DNA of 63,277 bases, filler included, from Phoronis australis (lineage: Eukaryota > Animalia > Phoronida): NCBI GenBank assembly GCA_002633005.1. It is 7 parts of 7 records of this genome, joined end to end, with 100 filler letters (N's around TTAATTAATTAA, not from the genome) between each part and the next. Parts side by side here need not be neighbours in the genome. Positions count along the whole stretch, not along the records: positions 13,070 to 30,800 come from NMRA01000713.1; positions 30,901 to 33,561 come from NMRA01002144.1; positions 33,662 to 46,862 come from NMRA01001599.1; 4 more parts are not named here. One strand, written 5' to 3'. The notes below the pieces were generated by a model. That model ran no database searches. It had not been told where the DNA came from and worked only from the letters and a program-made list of their open reading frames with translations. Numbering within the stretch: position 1 is the stretch's first letter; each line of letters begins with the position of its first letter. Of this stretch, positions 26,751 through 39,976 are shown piece by piece. A program made the translations under genes and the position numbers.

Positions 26751-29700
26751 GTCTCAATCTTTTCAGAGCACATCCTCTCGTATGTTAATATGTTCATGTA
26801 TGTTATATAAGCTCCCGTAAATACCGTAAATGTTGAACTAGTGTGTCAGATAAGGATAATGCTGAAATTCTGCTATTCGTTGTCATTGTATAATAGACTG
26901 GCACACTTGTCACTACTAACAGAAGTCAGGAGCATAAAAATACAGTCAACGGTCCTAAACACACAAACATTAAGCAGTCGAGCAATAGTTTTATAATGAC
27001 TGACAGAAACGCTTTTGGCAGTGCCATTCAGCAATGACTGCCATCGTACAGTCGTACAGAGTATTATTATTTCGGAGGGTGTTTGTTGTCTTGAAATTAG
27101 GATTATACCCACTCTTTAGCATAATCATCAAGATAAAACCTCACCCTTTTGTGAGTTGGCACAGTCATTAAAACTGACCCATTTTGGTGAGAGCCTCAAT
27201 GGAAGTCAACTTTTCTGATAACATAATTATGCAAAATTATTATTTACGGGGAATTGTATTTCAGCAAAAAGCTGGGATGTATTCTTTTTAACACAAGAAG
27301 CCTCAGTTGTATGAAACATTCAATGGTTTTGGTGCAAAAATGGTTCATTTTATACAGTTCGAACATAAAAGTAAATATTTTTGTGTGGAATTTATTTGGA
27401 AATTCACCCTTTCATGGTGACTTTTGCAATGCCTGAGTCACTGGTTAGAGTGGCACATTTGGTCATATGCAATCTATGCAAGTCTCCTCTCTCTCTATCC
27501 TGGATCCCGACTCGTCGACTGTTTCATTTTTTTGCTTTCCACGATCACATGATGCCAAGTGTTGCAGTTTGCAAGAATCATCTATTAATTTCAGTCTAAT
27601 TGCAAAACCAGAACCATTCTAAAACAGTCAGAAACTACTAAGGTTCGCTGTAATCAAAGCATCCTGGAGTTAGACTTTGTAAGCAAGTGAACTTTGAAAA
27701 CCTGGTTTGTTGAAATGGCTAGTTGCAAAAACATCTCACATTTCAAAATTGGGAGGTCAGAGTACTTGAGAGACTTTAAGTTGGGTCACGTAACCCAAAT
27801 CGACGGGTTCCTTGTGCTTTAGGTGGGTTGGATTGTTATCCAGGCAGTAGTCACTCACTGGCAATCCAAATTTTGAGAACAAGTTTTAACGCCTGCTATT
27901 CAGTGAAAATCAGGTTCTTGTTATGCAGTAGAAAACACTGGTTCTCAAAGTGGGGGTGCCCTGTATGTGACAATTACCATTATGTTTTACTCATTGTTTT
28001 GAGCAACATGCTAGTGTTTCATTCTTGTTGTTATGATCTACATAATACAGCAGTGATTTTAGTCAACATTTCGGTCTTTTCGAAAAGTTTTTCAAAATTA
28101 CAAATTTGACTCTTATTGAGGGGGCCTCCTCGTGGCAAGAGTTGGGCAGTGTGAAATGCTTCAGAACATTCGCACTGGCAAACACCCTCACGTTGACTCA
28201 AAATTAAAAACTGTGACATCATTAACGTGTTCCTAGAAATATTACACTCATAGGCTAAAAAACACAACATGCCAAGAAATTTGTCTAACCATTGGGAACT
28301 TTATTTTTCTGATGTATTGATTAGAAATATGGTCTAGTTTAGGGATAGACTGAAGTACTAAGGCATTAACATAGTCATGGGGCGCACAACAAGGCTACAC
28401 CCTCTTCATTGCAGACCCTTGCCCTGATAGCAACTCATTTCAGTTTTGTGCTTGCCTAACTCCCCTGTCCCTTGTTCATGCAGTGCCTCCAGGTTGCCTC
28501 TCATTACAGTCACAATCATTGGTGGCCAACAATTTCAATTTTGGCAACCTCTGTTGAATAATTCTGACTACGCCAGTGGTGCTGGGGGAATAGGTTATTA
28601 AAGACCCGACTTCCACTCAAGTTGCACATTCACTGCATTGTGAAAGCATAGACTGTTATGAAAGTAACACCTGGGCCTAAGATTTTTAATTTTCTATTCT
28701 ACTTTTGTTTTAACTCGAGATTAGTTTCTTTTATTTTATATTTGAGAGCTTATTGATGGCAGTTAATGATCCCAGCATTAGAGCTAAAAGTTCGAGTCTG
28801 AGTTCGAGGTTTTACTTAGAAATCTTAAGTTTTTACTCAAATTTTAGTTCGAATCTAGTGGTCATTAAGTACTCATTAAGTCTATCTTGATCTCGCAAGA
28901 AAGTGGACTGGAAGTGACAAAAACAATTTCGAGTTTGATTTGAATTGAAAGCTTCACTCTAGAGGTGTATTCCCAAAACATGATCACATAATCCCTTTTC
29001 AGGGTTTTAAATCAATCCATACGAGACTGGGCTAGAATCTGTTTAGCCCAAAAAGCATTTATACGTGGAGAATAAGAAAACATCTGTACTAAACTGTGTT
29101 GAAAAAAATAACCCTTTTTAAGTTCCTTATCCACAAAGTGTACCATTTTCAAGCTGCTATTAACCCAACCTCTTTTTAGAACCATCATGTAACAATATAA
29201 GATTGGTCTCGTCTTGTGCTAACAATGTTGTTTTTGGCCAAAATAGTAGCAAAAATCTAATCACAATTGTTCGCATGAAGATTGGCATGTCCATCAATGT
29301 CCGGTGTCAATCTTCACGTGTGTGCTCATGATTAGACTCTTGATCTCGTACTGTTCCTTAGTGAGATTACACGTGGCATATTGGCTTCCGTTGAACTGAT
29401 AGTTTGTTTTTGCTCAAGACCTGGTGCAATAACCATGGCATTGAGCACTAACAAAGTTTGAGCTCTTCCAAGTCCACTAAGGAACAAGTTGAGACAGGGA
29501 TATATACAGGGCTTGACATTTTCCTCTTTTAAGAGAATTTCCTATTTTTTGTTTTTATTTCCTCTTATTTGATTTCCAGCTTCTTTTTTCTTATCATTAT
29601 TTTGACTTGATTCATGCAAACATTTATTTCAGTTAAATTTTACAACACAAAAAATATTTTTATAACACAAGCCTATTTGTGAAATGATAGATTACCTGGA

Positions 29701-30991
29701 ACATTTTCTTCTTTTAGTCATTCCAATTCCTGTATACAGGGGTAAGTTGTTCAGATCAAAATTTATTCTTTTTCACACAAGACGCATTCATAGCAACATT
29801 AAGGAATTAATTCGAAGGAAATCTGGAAGCCAGAAGACACCATCCTATAAGCGCTTTCTGAAATCAACAATTGCGCTTGTACTTTCCAAGATGTTCAACC
29901 CACATTGTTAGGTATATAGATATAGGGTTAATTTCACCATCATTGGGCTTTCAGAGTACCCTCCTAAAACCATTCCAGGGGTACTCCCACAGGTTTATAC
30001 AGTACATGACACCTGGCTGGGTAATTTTTCTCGAACAATGTTTCTTCAAAATGGTGCTTCAAAAAATCCCTACCAAAGCAAACTTTTTCCCATGAATACA
30101 ACGGGTTTCACTCTGGAAGTTAAAAACACTGCAAATGGTACCTTTTTCCTACTGCAGAAGGGGTTTTAATACGATACCTGTATTTTTAAAAGTTTGGACA
30201 CCAGATTCCTTTTTGAACAACTGGAATCACTGAGCCGACTATTTCAAACTTAATGGGTGAAAAAGACAGACGAAAGGATCCAGTTGTTAGCATTAACCCT
30301 TGTGAAAATATTGTGCATTTGTAACATTAAGCTTATACACCATTATTGAACTTCAAACCTCGGACTACAATCGTAATGTTTTTTTTAGCCACAGTCTAAA
30401 TGGGTGGAGGTTCTTCTAGTACTATATTATGCATAACACTGAAGCTTAGGGCCCATTTGGGACACCTCTTGGGTATTTTCGTAGCTACAAATTTACCCTC
30501 GGAACATCTGGAGCACGACGGCTATATTTTCATACTTACAAATTTTTCTTCGAAATACTTCAGGTAATTTCGTAGCCTCAAATATCCTCTCGAAGATGAA
30601 CGTTATCCAAAATATGGCAAGTCACGTGATTTTCAGTCTTGAGAATAATAGGCTAACTGAAGTCCGCACACATGCAGGAAGCATTCAGCTATTAGGTGAA
30701 ATTTGAGGTTACGAAAACATCCGAGGTGCTCTGGATGCCCTTGGAAGTAATTGTTTTCAGTGCATGCTCGAACTTTTGGTCATTATGGCCAATCATTCTC
30801 NNNNNNNNNNNNNNNNNNNNNNNNNNNNNNNNNNNNNNNNNNNNTTAATTAATTAANNNNNNNNNNNNNNNNNNNNNNNNNNNNNNNNNNNNNNNNNNNN
30901 AACGCAATGAGCGCGCGGTGAGCGAGCGTACTCAGATTCTAGGATATTACCCCACGACGAGAAGGCAAGTGGGTACCAGCGAATTTTCCAT

Positions 30992-31003
30992 ATTGGCCAA
31001 TCA
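30992..31003 (+). promoter_or_regulatory. CCAAT box upstream of SQOR
   Basis: ATTGGCCAATCA about 125 nt upstream of the SQOR ATG in a CpG-containing region. Confidence 0.4.
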
Positions 31004-31122
31004 GAGTAAACGTTACAATCACTTTCGTGAAGTTTGGATTGACACTGCATGCGAGGTCGAGAAAGTTCACTGCTGGCAGTTGTGTACAGATAAAACCCGC
31101 ATTACACTCTCTTGATTCAGCC

Positions 31123-31359
31123 ATGTCGGGAATCACTCAGACTTCGAGAACTCTACTGGTTTTCAGTCTGAAGAGCCCGGCGGGAGTATCAAGCTTGTCG
31201 GCTGTGGCAGCGCGCAAGTTTTCCACAACGAGCGAAAGTCATGAGAAAAAGAGTTTCAGAATGGTTGTCGTCGGTGGTGGAGCTGGGGGCTGCACCATGG
31301 CTAACAAGTTTGCTTCGAAATTTGGAAAGGATCAAGTAGCAGTTATCGAACCGTCAGTG
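31123..31359 (+). CDS. SQOR: Sulfide:quinone oxidoreductase, mitochondrial; first coding exon only
   Basis: MSGITQTSRTLLVFSLKS..ARKFSTT (transit-peptide-like) then FRMVVVGGGAGGCTMANKFASKFGKDQVAVIEPSV (FAD-binding GxGxxG); phase-0 donor gtaata exactly before the expected HYYQP motif. Later exons not found. Confidence 0.88.
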
Positions 31360-31921
31360 GTAATAATCGATTTGTCTTCCACATGTCACTGTATTTTTTC
31401 TGTTACAACATTTATGATACACGTTTGCTCTGATACTCGGTTCTTAGCACAGGTTAACGGTGTCTGCTTGGATTCATGTTTTGTCACCTGGTCACTTATG
31501 CTTATGACTGTGATAGAGACCCTTGATTGGAAATGTGCCAATCATTTCTGTCGCATGACCGTATTCTCCTTAATAAATGCCCAACTGTCATTTGCTTTTG
31601 TTACAAAAAACTTATTTGAGGGAAATTCACTAAAACTTTGCCTTCTGGTATCTCATCATATACGGTACTGTTGACTGGAGTTCTGTGCCCAGCTGCAAGG
31701 CAGCAAGTACACAAATTAATACTTCTGATTTAAGGAACTTTGTCGAGTCCCTGTTTGGGACTGCTTTATGCAGCAGGGCACAAGGCGCTTTCCAAGAAAT
31801 CTGACTTAGCTTAATCATAAACGTAAGTCAATTTTAAGATAAAGCTTAAGTGGGTCTTAAATTCATTCCTAGTCAGTGATTTTAATTTTTCACTCAAGTT
31901 TTGTCTTGAATTTGATGTAAC

Positions 31922-32080
31922 CAGTGGCAGATTTAGAGGGGGGCCAAGGGGGCCATGGCCCCCCCCTAAAATTCTCCCAGATTCCATTTGGCAGTACGGG
32001 GGTGCGAATGTCTGACGGGCGAAATTCTGGCTAATACTCTGCCCTGGCTCCCCCTAACTCAAAATCCTGGATCCGCCCCT
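31922..32080 (+). mobile_element. hAT-like MITE in SQOR intron 1
   Basis: Imperfect TIRs CAGTGGCAGATTTAG / CTGGATCCGCCCCT; second copy at 20627-20743. Confidence 0.75.
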
Positions 32081-32854
32081 CGTAACTTACCAGTTGTGGA
32101 AGTTTTAAAGTTTCAAATAAACTTAAATTGGTTTCTTAGAACGGGGCCCCTGGAAGTTTGGGTTCCTAATTTGGCTTTGATTATATTAATGAATGAATAG
32201 AGTTTGACATCGTTGATTTATAGGACCAGATTAGTTTCTGCTGCTGACTTCATTCATTTTCATTTGAAGTTTGGGAGTGGTGTGTAATTATACCGTGCAC
32301 ATGTGGATTTCTTGGGAAAGGAGATATCGGAAGGCAGACGAGCCACTCAGAGTGTTTTTTTTTCTGAAACCACTGAGCCCTAATGCTGAATCCAGTGAAC
32401 AACCTCAATCAGCATTCACTGTCCAAATATTTTCCAGCACAGATAAACGCCACTCGATAAATGGCTAGAATATTTTAAGCAGTGTAGTTCTTGATTTCAA
32501 ACAATGGCTGGCTAACAACAATGAGAATTGACGATTTGTAATAAAAAAAACAATGGATTTTGTCATTTTATAACTTTTGTTAGAGCCCGAATGTTCTGTA
32601 ATAATTAAGGGTGTGACAATGAATCTACCAAATTGTAATCTAATCGTGATGTGGGAGCGACTGATTTCAATAACAATATGCTAAGGCCCATATCAATTCA
32701 GTTTCAGTTCCAAATTTTATGGTTAGGTGTCTTGCAAACGTACGTCTTGCATTTTTAAAGAATATTATTGAGATATTGAACAAATAAACAGCACTGTCTA
32801 CTCAGGATCATTCATTAGTTTGAGTCTTTTCACGAAAACAACAACGGTTTTAAA

Positions 32855-32900
32855 ACTTGACATGTTTCGGTGTCATTTATTAAACACCATCCTCAGAAGT
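32855..32900 (-). ncRNA. Minimal type I hammerhead ribozyme (Penelope pLTR type)
   Basis: Minus strand: ACUU CUGAGGA U GGUGU uuaauaaaug ACACC GAAAC AU GUC AAGU; stem I ACUU/AAGU, stem II GGUGU/ACACC, conserved core, GUC triplet, palindromic ACAUGU stem III. Confidence 0.75.
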
Positions 32901-33759
32901 CATAATACAGTGGCCACCTAGCTAGGCCCAGCAACAAGTAATGAAGCACAGACAGGGCTCGACGCTATTCAAATCGCCAGATCGCATTTTGCGACCTAGC
33001 CAAAATCCTTGGTCGCATTTTCAAAATCCAGCCCGCATTCATAAATGCCAGGTCGCAAAAATTTCTCGCCATTTTTACGCTCCAAAATCGATTTTCTAGA
33101 TTATCGAGAAAATGTTTAGATTATGCTCTTACCTGCAGCGTTAAATACTGACAAATTTCAGATCGCAAAATTGAGTTCGTTCATGCAGGTACGGTATTAC
33201 TGTTCCTCACGACGGCCATTGAAAGGCCCTCAAGCGCAAGGCAAGTTGCCGACGTGAAAGTTGAATCAGTGCTCCCTAACTAACACGTGCATTCGAGTAG
33301 ATACGTTTGCGATGTGAAAAGGGAGAAAATGCCCGTTGAAAAAGTATCCGCGATTTTGCTAGGTCTGACCTGCTGCAGGCTGTCATCAAAGTCGTTAAAG
33401 ATCCAAACTAACTCGGAGTGCAAATTCCCTCCACTTTTTGTCCGCAACCCAAATTTTGCAACTTAACTCGACGTTTGAAAAACATTTGACAAAAAAGAAC
33501 GTGAAACGATGCCCTAACCGAATGACGTATTTGGATGCGCAGGAACAATTCAATGCAAATTNNNNNNNNNNNNNNNNNNNNNNNNNNNNNNNNNNNNNNN
33601 NNNNNTTAATTAATTAANNNNNNNNNNNNNNNNNNNNNNNNNNNNNNNNNNNNNNNNNNNNTGGGTCATCTGAATAAACAGGACGTCTGTAACTACACAA
33701 GGGGCAGATGCCACAACATCCCCCAATCATTCCGATGGCGACTAAGTAAAAATTACGGA

Positions 33760-33910
33760 TAACGCTCCGCCAACATCTGCTTGCTTTTTCAAGCCTATGC
33801 GACCTCTGGTGGATTCAGTCGGAATTTCCCGCCAATTTTCTTAACACAGACCGAATCCAGCAGAGGTAGCACAGATTTGAATAAGCCAGTAGACGCTGGC
33901 GAAACATTGC
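33760..33910. repeat. Imperfect about 150-bp palindrome
   Basis: cgccaacatctgcttgct..acctctggtggattcagtc vs gaccgaatccagcagaggt..agccagtagacgctggcg. Confidence 0.6.
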
Positions 33911-34003
33911 ATATTCATCTCAAGTAAGTTCAGAAATGACCCATAATTTTTTGAATACCCACCAATGGGTTCTAAGAAGAATTAAAAACTCTCCAATACA
34001 TAC

Positions 34004-37000
34004 CGTCTCAACGTTGACTCCGTATGGCGTTTAACTTGAGGAGTGTGTTTCAAAGAGCCCTTCTTTTTCTTATCCTTTCCTCTCTTCATACTCTCAAGTG
34101 ACGCAGGTTGATCCTTAACTTTCACTCCCCTTGATACTTCTTCTTTAGAAGACGAATTCTTCTTTTTCTTCTTTATCTTCTTTGGTATACACGAATCTAG
34201 TACAGATCCTAAATCAAACAACTTTAAAGTTCTCTGCAGTGGTTTCTTATCTACTTTGGAAGACTTCTTAGTGTCGCGAGATTCCAGCTTAAACGTCGGT
34301 CTATTATTGCTGGCTTTATGCACCGTATTTTCATCACGCCCCTCCGTATTGGTGCTGGTTACAATGCTGGCAGATACATGGGTCTGCTCTGCACTCGGAC
34401 CTTGTTCAGCAGTAGCTGTGGTAATGCGTACCCTGCGACCACTGGTACCCTTCTGTAACAGAAAAGTCGAAATCCACGTCTCTCATATTATAGCTTCGAT
34501 TGCTCTGGACTGAGAACAGCATTGGCCAATTAGTTAAGTTATTACCAATAAGCAATAAAAACTTAAAAGTCACATGTTTCACTTTGGTTAAGACAGATGA
34601 CCATTATTATAGATGGGTATTCAGTGATCCGGCGTTCATCATAATTACAGACAAAATTCAAAATTTCAGACTCAGCAAATTTACTTGAATGTCATAATGA
34701 TATGCCTAGGATTTTGAAACAAAGGAGGATTCAGAAGTAATTTCATGGAATCTCACGATTACAAATTAAACTGCCCTTGTCTCCAATAAAAAATGTTGCA
34801 GACTAACCAAGTGAGCCACCAGACCAGTATAACATGATCTGCTTACACAGTTCAACCTCATGGACCAAAAGAATTCCCTAGCTCGAACAGCAGTCTATCG
34901 TTGAAATTTGATTATTTTCCACTGTTTTTAAGTGACCAGGTCTGCCAAATATGATGTTCCCTAAATCAATTTCATTTTTTACGTCTAAAAGGCTTAATGA
35001 CAAGTTCTTTGGAAGCCAAACAGGGCACTAAAACGACTCTTGGAGAGTCACACTTGGCAAACCTGGTCACTGTAAAACCCTGGCAAATATTCAGGATTCA
35101 ACGGTAGATTGCAGCTCAGATGTAGGAGTTCACTTGGTCCACAAAGCTGGACCTTGTAATCAGACTAAGTAAACTTGGTCTACCAGGTTGGAGCGTGTAA
35201 TCAGAGTAAGTTAAACTTGGTCTACCAGTCTGCACCGTGTAATCAGAGTATTTACTAACTTGGTCCACCAGGTTCGACCGTGTAATCACAGTAAGTTAAC
35301 TTGGTCTACAAAGTTGGACCGTGTAATCAGAGTATTTACTAACTTGGTCCACCAGGTTCGACCGTGTAATCAGAGTAAGTTAACTTGGTCTACAAGGTTG
35401 GACCGTGTCATCAGAGTAAGTTAACTTAGCCTGGTGGCATACTTGGTCCACAACAAATAAACTCTTTAACAATATTACCATTGTGGCAAAATATAGTATG
35501 CAAAATTGAAAAGAACAATATAAACTCATGACTGAGCTCAACAAGTTTTTTACTCCACTCACCAGGAGGCACACACACCTTACACTAAACACACACATGG
35601 CATTACATACTTGTACATTTGTCTCTTAGTTCATATCTATAAAGAATTCGTGATGAATCCTGCCAATGCAAGCGCTAGCGATATTGAAAAGATAGCGTGT
35701 CAAAAACTACCACAGTCACAAGACAATACCTGATTTTTCGTCTTCAGGGCTGTCTGTGTACCACTGCTTGCTGTACAAGGACTCTGATTGGGGGGAATCT
35801 GGGTAATTCCATCGGAGGGGCGTGTGCGAAAATCCTGCGGTAAGACGGGTTCAACTTCACCAAACTGGGGGGGCTGTTCACCATCCGACTCTTCAGAATA
35901 AATGTCATCATAGGACGGGCGGTTGGAACACTCGCTACGGTAACGCGTTGCTGAGTCGTAACTACTAGTCCGCCGGGGCCGTTTTNCACAAAGAAACGGG
36001 CTACTTCTACGGTTATGCCCGACCCTAGAAAATTGTCCAAATTTGAAAAACTTTGGAACATCATATCCCAAAAATGATCAGTCTCAAATAAAACTTTCAG
36101 GACAAAGTTTAATGCACACTTTTTCAAAACCCTGTTTGAATTACTGTTTCTAAAATGTTCCACTTTTGCACAGGGGAATATAAAAACACTTTTGGAGTTT
36201 TTACAAAACAAAAAAAGCCAAATGATTTGCAAAACTGTAACAGCACTTGAAATTTCATCTATGGGTGCACCTATCTTTTTGCAATTTTTTTCTAAAAACA
36301 CACGGTCATATGACCCAATTAAATGCATCATAATAACAATAACAATAAAGTCTGAATATTAAAGTCTTTGAATTACTCATGTCAAAACAAACAACATTCC
36401 AGACTACACAACAGTGGCCTCTGGTGACCAATTAACAAACTGTACTATTTGTTCGAGGTAAAGGTCCCTTGAGTGTGTTAAGGCTTCTTAGTGTGAGTTT
36501 TACATTTTTTGTGAGTGCCGCAACGGAAGGGCTCTGCACAGAGGACAGAGTCGTGCGGCTCAAGACGATCTGTTTCTTCCTGTCTTAAGTACGTGAAATT
36601 AACGTGTTAGTTACAGACTGAGTCACACGTACTTTCCTTCACGTGAACATAGTCTTGTATGCCAAACACTTTCGAGATGGACAACAGAGGGCGCTTCTGC
36701 ATCATGAATGGTGTTTCACCAAGGCTTGGAGGAGTGAAACCTGAGTGGAACCACAAAAGACAATCAGGAAATTTGTAACAAATTTTAATCCAAAGCATTT
36801 AACGAAAAACAAAGAAAACATAAAATCATGATTATGTTTAATACATTGACTATGAGCGGGGCCAACCCACAATGACTCTTGGACAAAACTGTAGAATTTG
36901 TGAAGACTGGGACTAGTTTGCGAGACAATTATACAATGTTGATGCTTTAAAGGGCTTAAAACCACCATTTACATTGTTTTGACGAGTGACTGTTGTTAGC

Positions 37001-37373
37001 ATCATTAAACCTTCTTTTAGAGCACTGCATCACATAATTAACATATCGTTCGACAGTGTTCAGGGAGGGGGGGGGGTCTGATGTGACAGCTGACAACAGG
37101 TAGTGTTAGTTTTTGGTGTTTTTGATAATTGTTGATTTAAGCACTATAAGGATTGCAGTTGGGATATTGCAGGCACAGAAAAGATAATTATATTCAATCA
37201 GGCTAGTGGCTTGAAAGTTGCGGAAAATGCAAGTCTACCAAACTATCACCATGTACAACATTGGGAACACCCAAGGTTTTACTAGTTCCAGGGCTTCAAT
37301 ATACTGTCATGGTAATACTTACTGAAATCATCAAACTTTTCGTCATTTTTGTGACGGGGTTCCACCGTGTCGG
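34004..37373 (-). CDS. Probable downstream exons of the TASOR-like gene (low complexity)
   Basis: Exons 37373-37323, 36740-36633, 36024-35730 and 34452-34004 have GT-AG sites and open frames (RPSYDDIYSEESDGE.., K-rich KKIKKKKKNSS). Phase mismatch at 36024 is unresolved and may involve the N at 35986. Confidence 0.6.
35131..35428. repeat. Minisatellite, 41/43-bp units x 7
   Basis: acttggtcYaccaggttggaccgtgtaatcagagta(agtt|tttact)a with partly alternating variants. Confidence 0.92.
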
Positions 37374-37481
37374 CTAAAATGACAAAGGTCTCATTAATTT
37401 TATATAACAGTTGGACTATTAAGGTTATGTTGGACCTCTGTGTTTTTTGGGATTTGATATAAATTTTCAAAATGACTTATT

Positions 37482-38797
37482 AACAAGAGCAACGCGGAGC
37501 GTTGAAATGCGCCCACGAATCCATTGCAAATGGTATGCTTTTAGAGTTGTTTATTTGTATCATCAAACTGGCCACTAGATGGCGCAAAATACGTCAAATC
37601 CGTCTGAAAACCAACAAATGTCATCATTTCGTTAAAAGAAAGCCATTTACCAAATTTCATTAAAATTCATTGAGGAACTTCAAAGAAACAAGAGGAAAAT
37701 GAAAAAAAATGAAATTGCCACTGGGCACAGTGTTCGTGGGATCCGTCTAAAAGTTATTGTCTTCTCTAGTTAACTTCATATAAATACACGAGCTAAATTT
37801 AATAAAGATCCTTCAGAGGGCTTAGAAGATACAAGTATGGATGCAAAAAAAACAAAACCACCACTAGGAGGCACCACAGTAGTCGAAGTCGTCGGAAATT
37901 ACTTGTCAACCGTCCCCTTCATAAAAAGAACATACATGCCAACTATCACAATCATCCTTAGAGTGGTTTGGTTGACAGAGGGAGGGATGCCAAAAAACAG
38001 ACTCGAAAACAACAAAAATGGCCACTAGGTGGTGCAAAATACCTTGAATCAATCAGAAGATGAATGGCTAGTGTCACCTCAATAAATTTTATGGAAATCA
38101 GTTGAGGACCTTTGAAGATACGGAGGTAAACGTAAAAACTATAATTGCAACTAGGGGGCACACCGGTAGACCGATCTGTCCGAAAGTCGCTGTCATCTGT
38201 TGTCAACTTCATATAAATACGTTTGTTAAATTTAATAAACATCCTGTAGAGCGTATAGGAGATACAGCCATGGGTGCAAAAACAAACAAAACTGCCACTA
38301 GGAGGCGTCACAGTAGTCGAAGTCGTCAGAAAATCATCGTCAACTGTCTTCTTCATAGTAAGAACATAATTATATGCCAATTTTCACAATCATCCTTCGA
38401 ATGGTTTGGTTGTTAGAGGGGCAGACGCCAAAAAAAACGACTCGAAAATAGTAAAAATGACCACTAGATGGCGCAAAATGCCTCAAATCCATACGAAAAC
38501 CGAAGGATAGCGTCAACTTATTAATAGATGTTTACGTGCCAAATTTCACGAAAATCGGTTAAGAGCCTTCGAAAATACAGAGGTAAACGTAAAGAACTAT
38601 AATTGCCACTAGGGGCACAGCGGTATTCGTGTCGGTCCAAAACTCATCGCCCTCTGTCGTCAACCCCATAGGAACACACCGGCCAAATTTCAATAAGATG
38701 CTGCAAGGGGTTTAGGAGATACAGCCGCGGACGCCGGACGCCCAGACAGAGATGACCGCAATATGCGACCACATATAAATATGTGGGCGGATAAAAA
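37482..38797 (+). mobile_element. Helentron/HINE-like non-autonomous element with internal tandem array, in a TASOR intron
   Basis: 5' AACAAGAGC start, 3' hairpin CCACATAT-aa-ATATGTGG followed by ATAAAAA; eight about 147-bp subunits arranged as about 445-bp trimers. Class is inference. Confidence 0.65.
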
Positions 38798-39976
38798 TGC
38801 TTTTAGAGTTTTCTAGATTATCATTTCTTTTTACACAACTATTGACTTTTTTAATGAAAATCATAAAAGTTCTCTATTTTGATAACTCCTGATGCAAAAA
38901 TGGACCATAAAACATAGTATTTGCAGGTTCCATTTGAATCCAATAATCCATTCTGAGATGTGTTCAAAGTTGGACAAAGTTATTTTTCTCTGGTCCTACA
39001 TAACCTTAAATTCCCGCAATGAAAAAATGAACAATACAATTATTTTCAGTCCTGGTAACCATGTTTGTTGCGGTCCTCCAAAATGAGCACTTGTGCGCTC
39101 AAAAGGCAAACAAATACAAAATGCTAAGTCTCAATCACTAGGCTATTACAACATCTGCCACAAATGCCAGCGAACAAGGATTTACTTCGCTCACTTTGTT
39201 TTATTATTAACTGCTGAAAATACTAATAACACACTCAGTAACAATTTAATTATTCCTGGATGCACTGCCACCAAGATGTTACACATTACAAACGGAATTT
39301 GTCAAGAGACTACAAGTTATCACATCTCCTACATACAAAATACTAGCAGCAGAAATTAAAAAAATTTATTCCAAAGTGCTGTTAATTGTAATCCACCAGC
39401 TAAAGCCTAATCAAACTACATCGCAAACAGCTGCAGTCGATTTGTGCAAAATAAACCTATCTAGTCAAAATTTGATTCATTTCATGCAATTCCAACGTTA
39501 AGTGAGAAATCAAAATGCTGCAACTTCTTCAAAACATGCAAACACAGTACTAAAATGCAAGGAAAACCACTCTTTTTTATTTATTTTCATGTTTTCCTAG
39601 GAGGGAGAGGGTCCTTCCCATTAGGGAAAAAAATGAAATTTACCTCCCCCTTCCATGTAATGCGCATTGCACGACTCCTAGTAGGAATAGATTATGAACT
39701 CTGTAAAAATGTAAATCAATGGCGTGGGTCTCTTGGAGTACTAAGGTCCAATGAACTAGTAACATTTAATCATTGCATGAGTTGCAATCTCAGTTCAGGA
39801 CTTGAGATGATGCACTGTGCAGCCTACGAGTCGACTGCTTCTTTTACACAATAATGTTGACATTCGACAATGTAGTTCACGAGAGGGCCAAAGGGTGGCA
39901 TGCACAGCAATTTACAAATTCATCTTGTAACAAAAGGCTGCTCAGAGAACCAAACATTACAGAATGTATCACCTAC

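Noticed and set aside
29680-30340. LINE reverse-transcriptase remnant (DFRK-like)
   Set aside because: A single weak motif; insufficient support.
31360-31674. Continuation of the 215-aa ORF as SQOR coding sequence
   Set aside because: Similarity stops at EPSV, where a GT donor occurs; the rest is intron read-through.
33982-34452. K-rich exon as SECISBP2
   Set aside because: Only vague resemblance; it phase-links to the upstream TASOR-side exon.
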